Assembly: GCA_044892505.1 (NCBI GenBank)
Contig: CM097882.1
Coordinates: forward strand, 574,182,001-574,246,000
DNA: 64,000 nt
Source of the DNA: Schmidtea nova
Taxonomy: Eukaryota
Direction: 5' to 3'
The notes under the pieces were generated by a model that had not been told where the DNA came from, searched no databases, and was given only the letters and a program-made list of their open reading frames with translations. Both the position numbers and the translations under genes were made by a program. Below are positions 48,101 through 57,060 of the stretch, in pieces (positions within the stretch are counted from its first letter, which is position 1; every line of letters begins with the position of its first letter).

Positions 48101-51100
48101 GGTGCTGTAATCAGCTTATCTCGCAATGTTTCAAATGCTGCTTGCTGTTCTATTCCCCATATAAACGACACATCTTGTCTTACCAATTCTTGCATTGGCT
48201 TTGATATTCCTGCATAGTCCTTGATAAACTTTCGATAATATCCACACAATCCCAAAAATTCTTGTATTTGAGTCACTGTCTTTGGTGGTGGACATTCTTT
48301 GACTTTCTCGATATTCCTTGGATCTGGTTCTTTTCCTTTTGCTGATACAATGTGACCTAAAAATGTCACTTTCTCTTTTGCCCAATCGCACTTTGACGGC
48401 TTCAATTTCAGTTTCCACTGTCTTAATTTCACGAACACATTTCTGATGTCTTGTAAGTGATCTTCGAATGTTGCGGAGTAGATCAATAGATCGTCGATAT
48501 ACACCATGCATTGCTTTATGCCATGTGTTACGAAATTCATGCATCTCTGGAATGATGCTGGCGCGTTTGTTAACCCAAACGGCATTTTCTTGAATTGGTA
48601 CAGATCTCGTCCGATTGTAAATGCTGTCTTCTCTTTATCCTCATCTTTCATTTTGATCTGCCAATATCCGCTTTTTAAATCCAGTGACGTGAAATAAGCT
48701 GCTCCTTGTAACGTCAATAACATTTCATTTATGTCTGGCAGTGGGTACGTATCTCTTTTCGTAACTGCATTCAATCGTCTGTAATCGATACAGAATCTCT
48801 GAGTTCCATCCTTCTTTTTCACCATCACCACTGGGAATTGCCAGGGTGAGCAACTAGGTTCGATGACCTCTGCATCTAACATCTTTTGTACCTCTTCTTC
48901 TGCCACTGCTTTTTGAGCTTCTGCCAATTTGTATGGTCGTAATGCTATTGGCGTTTCGTCCGTCAACGGTATCGTGTGTAATGTTACATCACATGTTCCC
49001 AGATCTAAATCTGATGCTGCGAATATATCTTTATATTCCATCAACAGTTTCTGTAACTGTTCTTTTTGTCGTTCGTCTAACAACACACTGTCGATTTTCC
49101 ATGGTAATTCGTCTTTGCTTTTCTCGTTCTTGTCTGGTATTTCGATTTCGGACATGGGTGTCAATTTACCCAATCTCTCATTCTCGTATATTATCTTGTC
49201 CTCTTCGTCGAAGTTTACCAGATTAATTGGTATCTCACCTTCTTGGTTTATCGTAACCAATTCTCTTGCCATTGGTAATTCTTTCTTTGCTTCGAACTTC
49301 TTACTGGGTTCGAATATCATATCTCCTTTGATTGTCGAATCGATCTTGACATAACACATCATTTCGTGTCTCGCTGGCACTACTATTTGTTCCGCACTTG
49401 CCACTTTAACTTTCATTCTGCAGATTTTTCCGGTTCTGTCTTTTAGCTTCATTGCTCCTAGATCAATTACGATTTCCTTGAACAGGTCTGGCATCAGGTC
49501 AGTTCCAATAATACATGGTACACTCAGCGATGGTATTACAGCGATGTACGTGTTGATTTCTGCACCTCGATGCTTAATTTTTACAAACCATCTTCCGGCT
49601 ACTTCTACTGTCTCTTGACTGCACGCGATTACATGTACATTCGTTTTCTCGATTTCTCCTTGGTTTTTCTCTGGTATATAGTTGATGTCGATTGCCGAAA
49701 TATTCGCGCCTGTATCGATCATAGCTTCAATTTCTCTTCCGTTTATTTCTACGGTTGTTGTTAAAATCGGTCCCATATTTGTGGACATAACTGCTATCGT
49801 GTGCGTGTCTTCTAACGAGTCTACGCTTTTACCTCGTTTTACTTTGCATCCTTCGGGAATTATCGGGTATATACTTGTCATCGGCATCATCTGCATCATA
49901 TTCGGCTTTGCTTTGTATATCGGTTCGTTATACATTGACTGAGGTGGAGCGCTGTATCTCCAATTCTCAACTGCACTCTTTTCAGTGTATTGTGGAATCT
50001 GGTTTATATTCGCTTGTCCTCCTCGATCGTCATCATCATCATCATCATTGCTTGAGTCATCCTGCGTTCGATATCCTCTCATTCTTTCCCATAATCCTTT
50101 CCTTTCTTTCTTTAGTTGTCGCCTTGCTTGTTCATCTTGCATTATCTTTTTGAATTTCCTTCCGACATCTTCATTTGTTCCTCTCATTTTTGCAAGTATC
50201 TTCAACAACCTCTTTATTCGATGTATGTCTTTTGAGTGTCCATGTAACACCATCGTTTTCGCAAGGAATGGTAAAAACCCTACTACCATTTTCCAATTCA
50301 CTTTCTTCTCTCTCTTGTAGATATCGAAACACGCTAACATCTGCGTTATTATCACTCTGACGATTTGTATTATCAATATAACTCCCAGTATTCCAGCCAT
50401 CATTTGTCCAAATATCAGGAATCTTCCCCACATTGCCTTCATCATATTTTCTGTGGCTTTCTTGAAATGTGCCGGTGACAACAACAGTTCGTAATTCGGT
50501 CCTTCTCGATAATTCGTTCCTCCCGTTATCGTTACGATATTTGACAGTAATGCTTCTCTTCTTGCCGGAAATAGTATATTCTGCCTTGCTGCCTCCAGAT
50601 CTTTTGGACTATAGATTCCGTTGTTTGAGACATCTACGTCACTGAACTGTCTATCCTTTGACAACTGCATTAGCTCAAATTCTCTTGGTGCTAATACTTC
50701 GGTTCTTCCTGGGAACATAACCCATTTGCCATCTGGCTTCTGATAAAGCGGTCCGTACGCATTACTACAGTTGAATGGATTTGGTTCAAATCCTGGTGGA
50801 TTGATGATTCTCGTCACCGGTTGAACGTATCGTACTTTTCCTTTATAATCGATTTCTAGTTCGTTTGTACATTGTCCAGGTTTCAACTGCGTTGTTGCTG
50901 CTAGCGATGCATGTGTCTTTTCGCAAATGTATACATACATTGCCTCTCCAACCACTCTTCCGAAATGTCCTTCTCTCAGTGGTAATAATGGCATCGCGCT
51001 ATCTGGATTCGTAATCGCTACGGCCAACTTTGTCTTTAATATTTCCCGATTCAGTATACAATCGTTATTTATCAGATCATAGTACACTTTTTGCAATGAG

Positions 51101-54100
51101 GCTTGTCCTCTATGGAATAAGAAATCCATTTTATTATTCACATACAAGTGTAGCTTGATATCCATTGTGTCGATCTTGGGTTTCGCATTCGGCACTTCTT
51201 GTTTCGACACGTATATTCCTGGATAGTTTGTTTCGTATACTGTTGTACTGCACTTAAGGGTTGCTTTCCCTTTTATGAATCTCATTCCCACATCCTGATT
51301 TGTGGTTATCAACACTGTTGGTGTGGTTCTCATCTCTATCCGTTTTTCTCTATGATCCGGTTTCAATTGTCTTTTATTCTCTAAAGCCTCTTTGAGATGT
51401 TTTGCTCTAGCTTTGTCATCATCGTCTTCTTCTTGGAATGTTTTCCCTTGAATTTCGTCAAACTTTGCTCCTTGTAGCAGTTGTAATTGACATTCGTTCA
51501 CTTTCGGTTTGTATATCAATGTTGACATTCCCGTTTGACACATGCTCCTGTCAATTTTACACATGGATAACGTTTTCATTTCTCCTGTTGTCGGTTCGAA
51601 GAATGCTTCGTAGCTTTTCAGTTCGACTATGTATGTGTCCATTACCACTAAGTTGGTTGCAGGTACTCCAAATATTGGGTAGGTTTCTCCTTGACAATAT
51701 CCTTCTCCTCCCGTAATCCGTCCTGCTACATAATATGTCTGCTGTAACATCATTCCTGGCTTTCCTCTTATCTTGATTTTATCTCTTGTTGTTACTTCTC
51801 CATGTTTGAATAATGCTTCACAGTCTTCTCCTTGCAACACGATTGGTTCTCTTTCCGTTCCTGGCATGACAATTGCTGAATAATGTCCTCTCCCGCAATA
51901 GAATGCGAATCTCGTCTTTTGCACTTTGCATTCATTCACCATTGTCTTTATTAGTTCTGCCTCTTGATACACGTGGTACCATTGTTCCTTTTTAATCTCT
52001 CTCAACTCTACTGGAGTTGCATCTTTGCATTGCTCCGTACCTCTCAATGAGTACTTTTCTCCTAACTTCATTTGATCACAATCAAATACCTCAAATGTTG
52101 TTACACCTTCCGTGCTTAACAACCATACTAACATCATCATGATTATCGAGTTTAAATTCAACGTCGATCTTCCGTTTCCTTGCATCGTTTGTCTATTCTC
52201 CATTTCCCTCAATACTCCTTCGAGTTTCTTTCTCATCACGTTAGCACCTTCTTTTGTCTGGTTTTCTTTTACAAATTTTTCCCATCCTCCTTTTCTGAGG
52301 ATATATGGTTCAATTTCCTTCTCCATAATCATCGCCGTATTTTTGATATGTCTTCCCATCGGACTTGACTTCGGACTCCCTCGGCTTAGCGTTAGTAGAT
52401 TGTATATCGTATACGAGATTGCTACCAGATATTTGCTATCCGTCTCTGCTCCGTTAAGTAGCCTTTTTATTAACATCGTGGTTCCTTGCCAATCTAGATG
52501 ATTCGCTTTTGTTTTTGCCTTTATCAATTCTGGCATAATCGGTGCTATCGCATTGTGTAGCATCCTTGCCTTTGTACTGGGTTCGTTTATCCGCCACAAA
52601 TTCTTTAATTCTGGATCAATTATCGCTAACACATCCATTATCGTTTTGGTGAGCCATTCCTCTCCTTGGCAGACTTGATTCTCCTCTTTTCCTCTGGTCT
52701 CTGCGATTTTATCCAGTTTCTTCAAGCAAATCTCCCATTGCTCTTGTCTCCTTTCTTCTCTTGACTTTGGAATTGCTGTTGCTGGATCTATCTTTGGTCT
52801 TCCTCTTGGTCGTTTTTCCATTCCAGTTCCGGTTTCTACAAATCTCGTTGCTCTTCCTGTTTCTTCCGTAACATCCCTTCCTTCGTTTGCTCGTTGTTCT
52901 AACCATCTTTCCATTTCTTGAGTAAACTGTGGTTGTTCTTGCTCGTCTTCCGAATCGTTTACCATTTCTATGACTACCTCCTGTTCCACTCCTTGATCGT
53001 CGATTTCTGCTGGTGACGTTATTGGCATCTCTATTATTCTGTCGAAAATATTCGCCGTTGGTTTTTGAGTCAACTTCGTTAGTTCTTCTATCGCTTCGTC
53101 ACTGTCTGTTAGTATCTCATCGACGTCATACGCTTCTGGCGGTGTTCTCTCTCTCGTTTTGATTGGTGTTGTCCTTGTTTGTCCCGAACTTGTTCCTGGG
53201 GTCATTGTTGACTTCATCGGACTTGGTGTACTCATGCTTCCTTTCGCTTTCTTTTCCTCTTTAAACTTCAGTGGTTGACCCACTATTTGTGCCACTGTTA
53301 GCGTATTCATTAGATCCAATTGCACTGGTGTCAGCCAGATTTCCAAACTATTATCCAACGATCGTCCTTGATGTTGCAGGTGGAATGGTAGTTCGTACAT
53401 CAGTTTCTCTTTAACACTTTTCACTTTTTCTGTTAGCATCACCCAAAACTCTTCTTTTCTCTGATTCGGATACATTATCCTCAAATGTATTTTTTGTGGC
53501 GTTTCCTCCGCAAACTCTTTGTTTCTCCACTTTTTTATTACATCGTCTAGTTGCTCTGGACACCACTCGTTAACTCTCTTGTATTCTGCTATCGCTTTAG
53601 CTACTTTTCTCAAGTTCGTTATGTCTTCTCCATTTGAGATTATAAATTGTGCTAAGCCTTTTATTGCTTGTCTTTTTCCCCGAGTATTTCCTCTCAACAG
53701 CTCGATCAATTCACTCGTTTTCTGTTTCTCCAGTTCTGCCCATATTACTGCAGTTTCTGGTCCGTCTAAGTCCGTTGGTAATAACCTCCTTGTTACCATA
53801 CATATCCGTTTCGTATTCCGTTCATGTCTGTCTTCTCCTTCCGGATCTTCTTCATACACGCCTCTTTTCACTTTCCAACATTTCTCTTTGTTATCCCATT
53901 GCTTCTCTACTGGCGTCAATCGTCGTCTGTTAAGATCCAATTCTCCCAATATTGTCTCCCATTCTGGCTTCATCTGCCAGTTCCGATAGATTTCTACTAT
54001 CTGTCTCAACTTGCGCATAACGTCCTCTTGTCGTGCCTTTTTCCTTTCCTCATCTTTTGGTGTTGCTCTTGGCACATCATCCATTCTGATGACATGTATT

Positions 54101-57060
54101 GTCTGATAATTATCCCATATGCCGATTTTATACGCTCGTCTTTCATCGCGTTCATTCAGTAGATGTTCTTTGTATTTTATAGCGATGTCATCCTCAAATT
54201 CGTCTTCCCGTTCTCGTTGTAATATCGTCTCATTGATGACATCTACTATTTCTCCCACTTTACTATCTGGTATTACCTCAATTTGTTTTGTCTCTTCGTT
54301 TGGTAATCTCACGGTAATCTTCAGATCTGATACCTCTCCTCGTTTAAACATTTCTTTTCCCATCTTTGCGATTAGCTTATCCGTTTTGAAATTTGAATGT
54401 CTCGTTTGACTTGTATCTCGTATGTTCTCGATACACTGTTTCAAATTCTCATACTCGCTTTTCGTCAATTCCTTTCGATGTTTCTTGATTTGTTGGATGA
54501 TCTGTTCTATCATCGTATTCAAATTCTCCGCCAAGATTCTTTCCTTTGCCTCCATCAACTGAGGTTTTATTCTCATCTCATAACACGTATTCGCTTCTTT
54601 GACGATTCCTTGTAAGTTCTCTTCCTTCTTGGTGTTGCATATTGATAACGTTGTTATTTCTCCTGGCCATATGCCTGTGTCTATCATATGCGTTCCTTTT
54701 CTCACCAATCCGTTTTCCGAATATATGAACTTGTCTTTGTACGAGCTTCCCAATCTGTCCTCAACCCATCGGTAAATTCCGTCTGTCATTGGGTTCCTTA
54801 TCCAGATTCTCGGTGAACACTCGTTTATCCATATCTGTATTATGTATTCGTTGAGTGGTTCTTTTAGAAGCTTCTCAATCAATTCTTGTATTACTCTCAC
54901 TTCTCTTTCTTGTAACCACTCTTTATACTTCATCTGCCATACTGCTCGTATGAACTTTCGGTATCGTTTCTTGTCAATAAACTCCTCGTTATGAATTACT
55001 TCCAACGCGTTATCCATCAGCTTCTGAATTTCGTCTTCCTTTACTGACATCGTTTCTATCGTCTCGACTACTTCCATCTTTTTATCCTCGTTTTCCGGTT
55101 CCTTTAGCATGTCTCCTGCCAGACTGCTAACTTCGCTGTCGTCTTCTTCATCTGACAACTCTTGTCTTGGGTGTCTCAGCATCCCAATATGCGCGGTTGG
55201 TCTCGCTTTGTTTTTGCTAACTTCTTGTATTAGTTCATTCTCGTTTCCTGTTACTTCAGCTTTTCCCATTCTTTTCTCCAATTCGTCTATTTCTTCCAAC
55301 CGTCTTCGTCTTATTTTTCCCTTGAATATTCGACTGATCCGAGTTTGGTGTTTCACTGGTGGTGGGATTTTTTCCGGTTCCACCTCTCTGATGATCATCA
55401 CGTTTATTTTCGTTTCTGTTACTCCCATATCTTCCCATATATCAGTCATCTTTAACTTCACTTCCGGTAAATCTTCTGTTTGTAGGAAGGCTTCTCTGGG
55501 CAGTTTCGTCACTCCCGGGATCATCTCATTTACTTTATTGAACAATCTTCCCACTTCTTCTTTTACATCGTACTTGAATCGCCACACGTGATCATTCGGC
55601 ATGATCACCAACATTCCTCTTTGTTTGATTCTCACCTCCTCTTCTTGATTCGTTTCTTTTTCTGTTTCTTTTTCTTTTTCTACTTCTTCATCCTTTTGAT
55701 TCTGCTCTGCGGCTTCTACTTCCTGATTCACTTCTTCTTGTTTCTGCTCTTCGTTTCTTTTCTCTTTAATTTCTAACTCGTCTGATTCATCCTGCTGCTT
55801 CTCTTCCATCATTGCTCGCATCATGTTGATCCTTGGATTTCCCTTTTTTAACTGTTGTAATCGTTGTTGTCTGACTTGTTCTTCTTCTCGTCGTACTCTA
55901 GCCCATTCTTGATTATGTTTCTGTTGGCTTTCTCTATTCTCCCTTTCGGCTTCAGCTTCTATTAACTGGATCATGTTTATCTTTGGTTGAGCAGCTTGCT
56001 GGCTTCCTTTTGCCATGCTTTCTATTATCTCGTGTAATCTGGATACCTCTTGTCTCAACTTTGCTTCTTTCATACTGGCTTCGTTTGCACTGCTGTTTGG
56101 GTTGTTCCGTTGTTGACCTTGATTCCCATAGCTTGGTCGATTCCCGTAATTCTGTCTATTTCCATTGTTTGACCAACTTCTCTGCTGATTACACTCTCTT
56201 GACATGTGTCCCGTTTTCCCACATGTATAACACGTTTTCACATAACATCGATTTTCTGAGTGACCTTTTTGTCCACACAGTTTACAGGCTACATTCTGAA
56301 AACAATCTTGTTGCCAATGTCCGTTTTTCCCACACGTCTGACATTGCCTATTCTGCCTGTCATTGTAACTATTTCCTCCATTCGTATTCACCGTAATATA
56401 TCCGTTATTCTTCCTCGCTGGCGGTTCTTTGAACAATCTCTGCGAATGGGGAATACTTTGATTCATGTTTCTTTTTCCTTGTTCTTCATCTTCTGTCGTT
56501 TTTCCCATTACCGCCGTAATTCTCATGTCATTCATTGCCATATGCAATTCGAATAGGTTGGCTGCTTCCAACGCTTCATCTACTGTTTTACATCCTTTGC
56601 ATCCCACTTGTGCTCTGATGTCAGGTCTCCTGAGACCTCGTACAAATAACGCTGTCATCAATTCCTCATCTACTGGGCTTCCTCTATTGAATGCCAGTTT
56701 CGCCAACTTCCTTAATTCACTTGCGTACACCGCATTTGACTCATTTCTCCTCTGTTTTCTTGCTGAGAACTCATCGAACGCTTCATTCAGCACTTTGTTT
56801 ATCCCAAACGTCTGTTGGAAGAATTCCTTGATCGCTTCCCACGTTCTGGGTGGATTACTTCCCGATCTCTTCTCAATATACAGATCCAACGCGCTATCTT
56901 TCAAGTATAGCGGGATTCGATTCGCTAACGTTTCTGCACTCCATCCGCATATATCCACGAATATGTCAAATTCCTTCAGAAACGTATCCAATCTACTGGC
57001 GTCTCCATTGAATGGTTCGCCCTTGAATTTTTCTCTCAGATCCTCTCTGTGTTCACTCAT
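42175..57060 (-). CDS. 4961-aa polyprotein: Gag, Ubl x2, Bcl-2-like, Env (class III), PR, RT, RH, IN, ANK, FN3-like x4, TM
   Basis: CCHC knuckles at 56191-56343; AMIDTGA at ~49710; YIDD at ~48495; LATDASG (RH); HDGKLGGH..CLTC, MDVVG, LTDQG, ERFN, GPY (IN). No stop or frameshift in 14.9 kb. Confidence 0.96.
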   Translation of the reverse strand: MSEHREDLREKFKGEPFNGDASRLDTFLKEFDIFVDICGWSAETLANRIPLYLKDSALDLYIEKRSGSNPPRTWEAIKEFFQQTFGINKVLNEAFDEFSARKQRRNESNAVYASELRKLAKLAFNRGSPVDEELMTALFVRGLRRPDIRAQVGCKGCKTVDEALEAANLFELHMAMNDMRITAVMGKTTEDEEQGKRNMNQSIPHSQRLFKEPPARKNNGYITVNTNGGNSYNDRQNRQCQTCGKNGHWQQDCFQNVACKLCGQKGHSENRCYVKTCYTCGKTGHMSRECNQQRSWSNNGNRQNYGNRPSYGNQGQQRNNPNSSANEASMKEAKLRQEVSRLHEIIESMAKGSQQAAQPKINMIQLIEAEAERENRESQQKHNQEWARVRREEEQVRQQRLQQLKKGNPRINMMRAMMEEKQQDESDELEIKEKRNEEQKQEEVNQEVEAAEQNQKDEEVEKEKETEKETNQEEEVRIKQRGMLVIMPNDHVWRFKYDVKEEVGRLFNKVNEMIPGVTKLPREAFLQTEDLPEVKLKMTDIWEDMGVTETKINVMIIREVEPEKIPPPVKHQTRISRIFKGKIRRRRLEEIDELEKRMGKAEVTGNENELIQEVSKNKARPTAHIGMLRHPRQELSDEEDDSEVSSLAGDMLKEPENEDKKMEVVETIETMSVKEDEIQKLMDNALEVIHNEEFIDKKRYRKFIRAVWQMKYKEWLQEREVRVIQELIEKLLKEPLNEYIIQIWINECSPRIWIRNPMTDGIYRWVEDRLGSSYKDKFIYSENGLVRKGTHMIDTGIWPGEITTLSICNTKKEENLQGIVKEANTCYEMRIKPQLMEAKERILAENLNTMIEQIIQQIKKHRKELTKSEYENLKQCIENIRDTSQTRHSNFKTDKLIAKMGKEMFKRGEVSDLKITVRLPNEETKQIEVIPDSKVGEIVDVINETILQREREDEFEDDIAIKYKEHLLNERDERRAYKIGIWDNYQTIHVIRMDDVPRATPKDEERKKARQEDVMRKLRQIVEIYRNWQMKPEWETILGELDLNRRRLTPVEKQWDNKEKCWKVKRGVYEEDPEGEDRHERNTKRICMVTRRLLPTDLDGPETAVIWAELEKQKTSELIELLRGNTRGKRQAIKGLAQFIISNGEDITNLRKVAKAIAEYKRVNEWCPEQLDDVIKKWRNKEFAEETPQKIHLRIMYPNQRKEEFWVMLTEKVKSVKEKLMYELPFHLQHQGRSLDNSLEIWLTPVQLDLMNTLTVAQIVGQPLKFKEEKKAKGSMSTPSPMKSTMTPGTSSGQTRTTPIKTRERTPPEAYDVDEILTDSDEAIEELTKLTQKPTANIFDRIIEMPITSPAEIDDQGVEQEVVIEMVNDSEDEQEQPQFTQEMERWLEQRANEGRDVTEETGRATRFVETGTGMEKRPRGRPKIDPATAIPKSREERRQEQWEICLKKLDKIAETRGKEENQVCQGEEWLTKTIMDVLAIIDPELKNLWRINEPSTKARMLHNAIAPIMPELIKAKTKANHLDWQGTTMLIKRLLNGAETDSKYLVAISYTIYNLLTLSRGSPKSSPMGRHIKNTAMIMEKEIEPYILRKGGWEKFVKENQTKEGANVMRKKLEGVLREMENRQTMQGNGRSTLNLNSIIMMMLVWLLSTEGVTTFEVFDCDQMKLGEKYSLRGTEQCKDATPVELREIKKEQWYHVYQEAELIKTMVNECKVQKTRFAFYCGRGHYSAIVMPGTEREPIVLQGEDCEALFKHGEVTTRDKIKIRGKPGMMLQQTYYVAGRITGGEGYCQGETYPIFGVPATNLVVMDTYIVELKSYEAFFEPTTGEMKTLSMCKIDRSMCQTGMSTLIYKPKVNECQLQLLQGAKFDEIQGKTFQEEDDDDKARAKHLKEALENKRQLKPDHREKRIEMRTTPTVLITTNQDVGMRFIKGKATLKCSTTVYETNYPGIYVSKQEVPNAKPKIDTMDIKLHLYVNNKMDFLFHRGQASLQKVYYDLINNDCILNREILKTKLAVAITNPDSAMPLLPLREGHFGRVVGEAMYVYICEKTHASLAATTQLKPGQCTNELEIDYKGKVRYVQPVTRIINPPGFEPNPFNCSNAYGPLYQKPDGKWVMFPGRTEVLAPREFELMQLSKDRQFSDVDVSNNGIYSPKDLEAARQNILFPARREALLSNIVTITGGTNYREGPNYELLLSPAHFKKATENMMKAMWGRFLIFGQMMAGILGVILIIQIVRVIITQMLACFDIYKREKKVNWKMVVGFLPFLAKTMVLHGHSKDIHRIKRLLKILAKMRGTNEDVGRKFKKIMQDEQARRQLKKERKGLWERMRGYRTQDDSSNDDDDDDDRGGQANINQIPQYTEKSAVENWRYSAPPQSMYNEPIYKAKPNMMQMMPMTSIYPIIPEGCKVKRGKSVDSLEDTHTIAVMSTNMGPILTTTVEINGREIEAMIDTGANISAIDINYIPEKNQGEIEKTNVHVIACSQETVEVAGRWFVKIKHRGAEINTYIAVIPSLSVPCIIGTDLMPDLFKEIVIDLGAMKLKDRTGKICRMKVKVASAEQIVVPARHEMMCYVKIDSTIKGDMIFEPSKKFEAKKELPMARELVTINQEGEIPINLVNFDEEDKIIYENERLGKLTPMSEIEIPDKNEKSKDELPWKIDSVLLDERQKEQLQKLLMEYKDIFAASDLDLGTCDVTLHTIPLTDETPIALRPYKLAEAQKAVAEEEVQKMLDAEVIEPSCSPWQFPVVMVKKKDGTQRFCIDYRRLNAVTKRDTYPLPDINEMLLTLQGAAYFTSLDLKSGYWQIKMKDEDKEKTAFTIGRDLYQFKKMPFGLTNAPASFQRCMNFVTHGIKQCMVYIDDLLIYSATFEDHLQDIRNVFVKLRQWKLKLKPSKCDWAKEKVTFLGHIVSAKGKEPDPRNIEKVKECPPPKTVTQIQEFLGLCGYYRKFIKDYAGISKPMQELVRQDVSFIWGIEQQAAFETLRDKLITAPILVHPDFKKPFLLATDASGYAAGAVLGQFDEGGKERVIGYYSRTFRKHERNYSVTEREAYAIILAIKHFKYLLWGHEIYITTDHQPLVWLGQHKESSSRLMRWAMQLQEYSPFIKFKAGKANANADCMSRFTFPELVNLNALKICALIAEDLDFSELRKDQLEDEELGLISKYLKEREMEIFGKNQVLREHMQKYQHRYVMEKGWLLIQDGERRLMCLPANRRKEIMTQYHDGKLGGHMSAKKTIGRLRQKYFWPTMEDDVKEWIKNCLTCATRKNVGTKWKTPLKPMPIPAEPMATIAMDVVGPLPESLKGNQYILVVTDYLTKFPEAFAIPDQKAKTVARILVEEICCRYGTPKKILTDQGTNFMSEILDEVTNYFRIAKLRTSPYHPQTNDQTERFNGTLIRMLSNYVSKHQTDWDEYINLCLMAYRMSIHAATKLSPFQLMYGRDCNLPIDLEYQPPLSQYMEVDDYVTKFKERMQEIWKTAELNIKFYQESYKDLHDQKKNVKAHELKVGDWVIIETPEIIPGTVKKLQRPGKGPYEITTVNENNVRVRLVNNPLVRPIYVNACRCRKIPKTATLSPEKRVMTRSQTARINMLRVQQKPQTSLEDNRREIIDIKELAKKTREIIPEWRWWHDFHILSEVRKNVMEYAKDRTAHPITRTLLEEIPQTLNLQDKDGNTALHNAIKHGGNEKVKEIMEMILEGGGEIDKVNWEGITPLMMMTIHGRNNEIIKLFGNTRSNWMTKDKEGRTFLNHAIDRANHRILKYITENATWEIDELTRGSIMKQAIGVKNSKTWRILLKWKRPEGDSWVIDCNEVFTKGENTLLKHLLEVTYDPKTLAVLIARDTLRVSENPREYKLEDRKKELFGLIKKWCDKQWNPDMSFEHFYDIQKQHKEISKRYKELVEALKYGQFFRQAVYQDQRMKQMQTRIRSKAVLFNAKADHQERLDAIVAKAQEKLSEFKENKNSLEILGAITEKMHRYAQGDYNEIDIETIKNQIPVAFLLSKDGRLPIHWALRRKKENEVLEITKTMVKCEADMNTVDDNGDTIMIIAARKKTKLKVLNELYEAGAKIEGKNGKNNSIIDIAIQWNNFEMIKFMKSIKKQDDIEYLANNVKNFSLTVMIHDIEKTRALLTWVNPITKEPVFKINDHMEQNQNWCIRSALLRHKKPEIVEEFLKRRDLKFTNNPREQERMGRWKDLFRKYVNEWANAKEAIKQSRLKDIEPSKDMEIREFESSTLAVQTYERLIEGINVEDDIFKGPGGGYRDFDDKSNNEKNNEDNDNKRTEDNEKERQEEPKPTRNDKKGEAEERENSGTKDERTNYGKRTGSLLLRPEMLCIAILITIIGQGEAKKQYVTLEIIRGNEVYERICWKENLKKNDTLKCILSDLKRDVIQIKGLEKEKSYIICAIKQRGEPKAPQVTACQLYKATEALKIQKWIEKRSEETTRRTEVESEKGKNQSEAEEGIRNRTEKERITKNPAGKLTFQPELICVALILILIKRIMEDIDISVMTLVNIQDQRTTNGRCWGRNNEVIGISETRESRKAETNEEIEITEIETDKKYELCLMEKAANGNRPGTSECKVFQAKEIIEFPKRKKQDQETIANEVVTVEIKNIGRRTIGMCWRKYIGVSTNNIIPQCRTRERGIPFQLNGFEVGQTYEICVIRRIREIIQRSSECKLYKTPEQINGTRTIEMGGSRQRKRKSKRTTTTNSQGVQQATTERTTIENEPESTTLIIWKIHKKVLEICWTLMPNSMGKSPRNCQKTSNDKKEIIEVEMRKLKTNAEYEVCAIEEVDTQGNPQERCETYYTPIKRRIKKLEFRELSQKREQNEKEETIPNQQEKWEPEKVIEKVRRRQQQYEQWEAEWKGQYGVMINQSETPRMSIGKTVMGLISMGVFIACIPLITIMIVCWRYGMRNKTIAVKWPDVKVMNYNIKLPKEVREELKRRSKHEEMWVQIEDEELYEGKPVIVV
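50245..52160 (-). other. env: Envelope domain: chuvirus/Monjiviricetes-type class III fusion glycoprotein
   Basis: Internal signal LNSIIMMMLVWLLSTEG; FEVFDC..YSL...C; CGRGHYSAIV; LAVAITNPD; GEAMYVYIC; CTNELEIDY...YVQPVTRII; GIYS..DL..ARQNILFP; TM at ~50345-50425 followed by an amphipathic segment. Confidence 0.8.
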
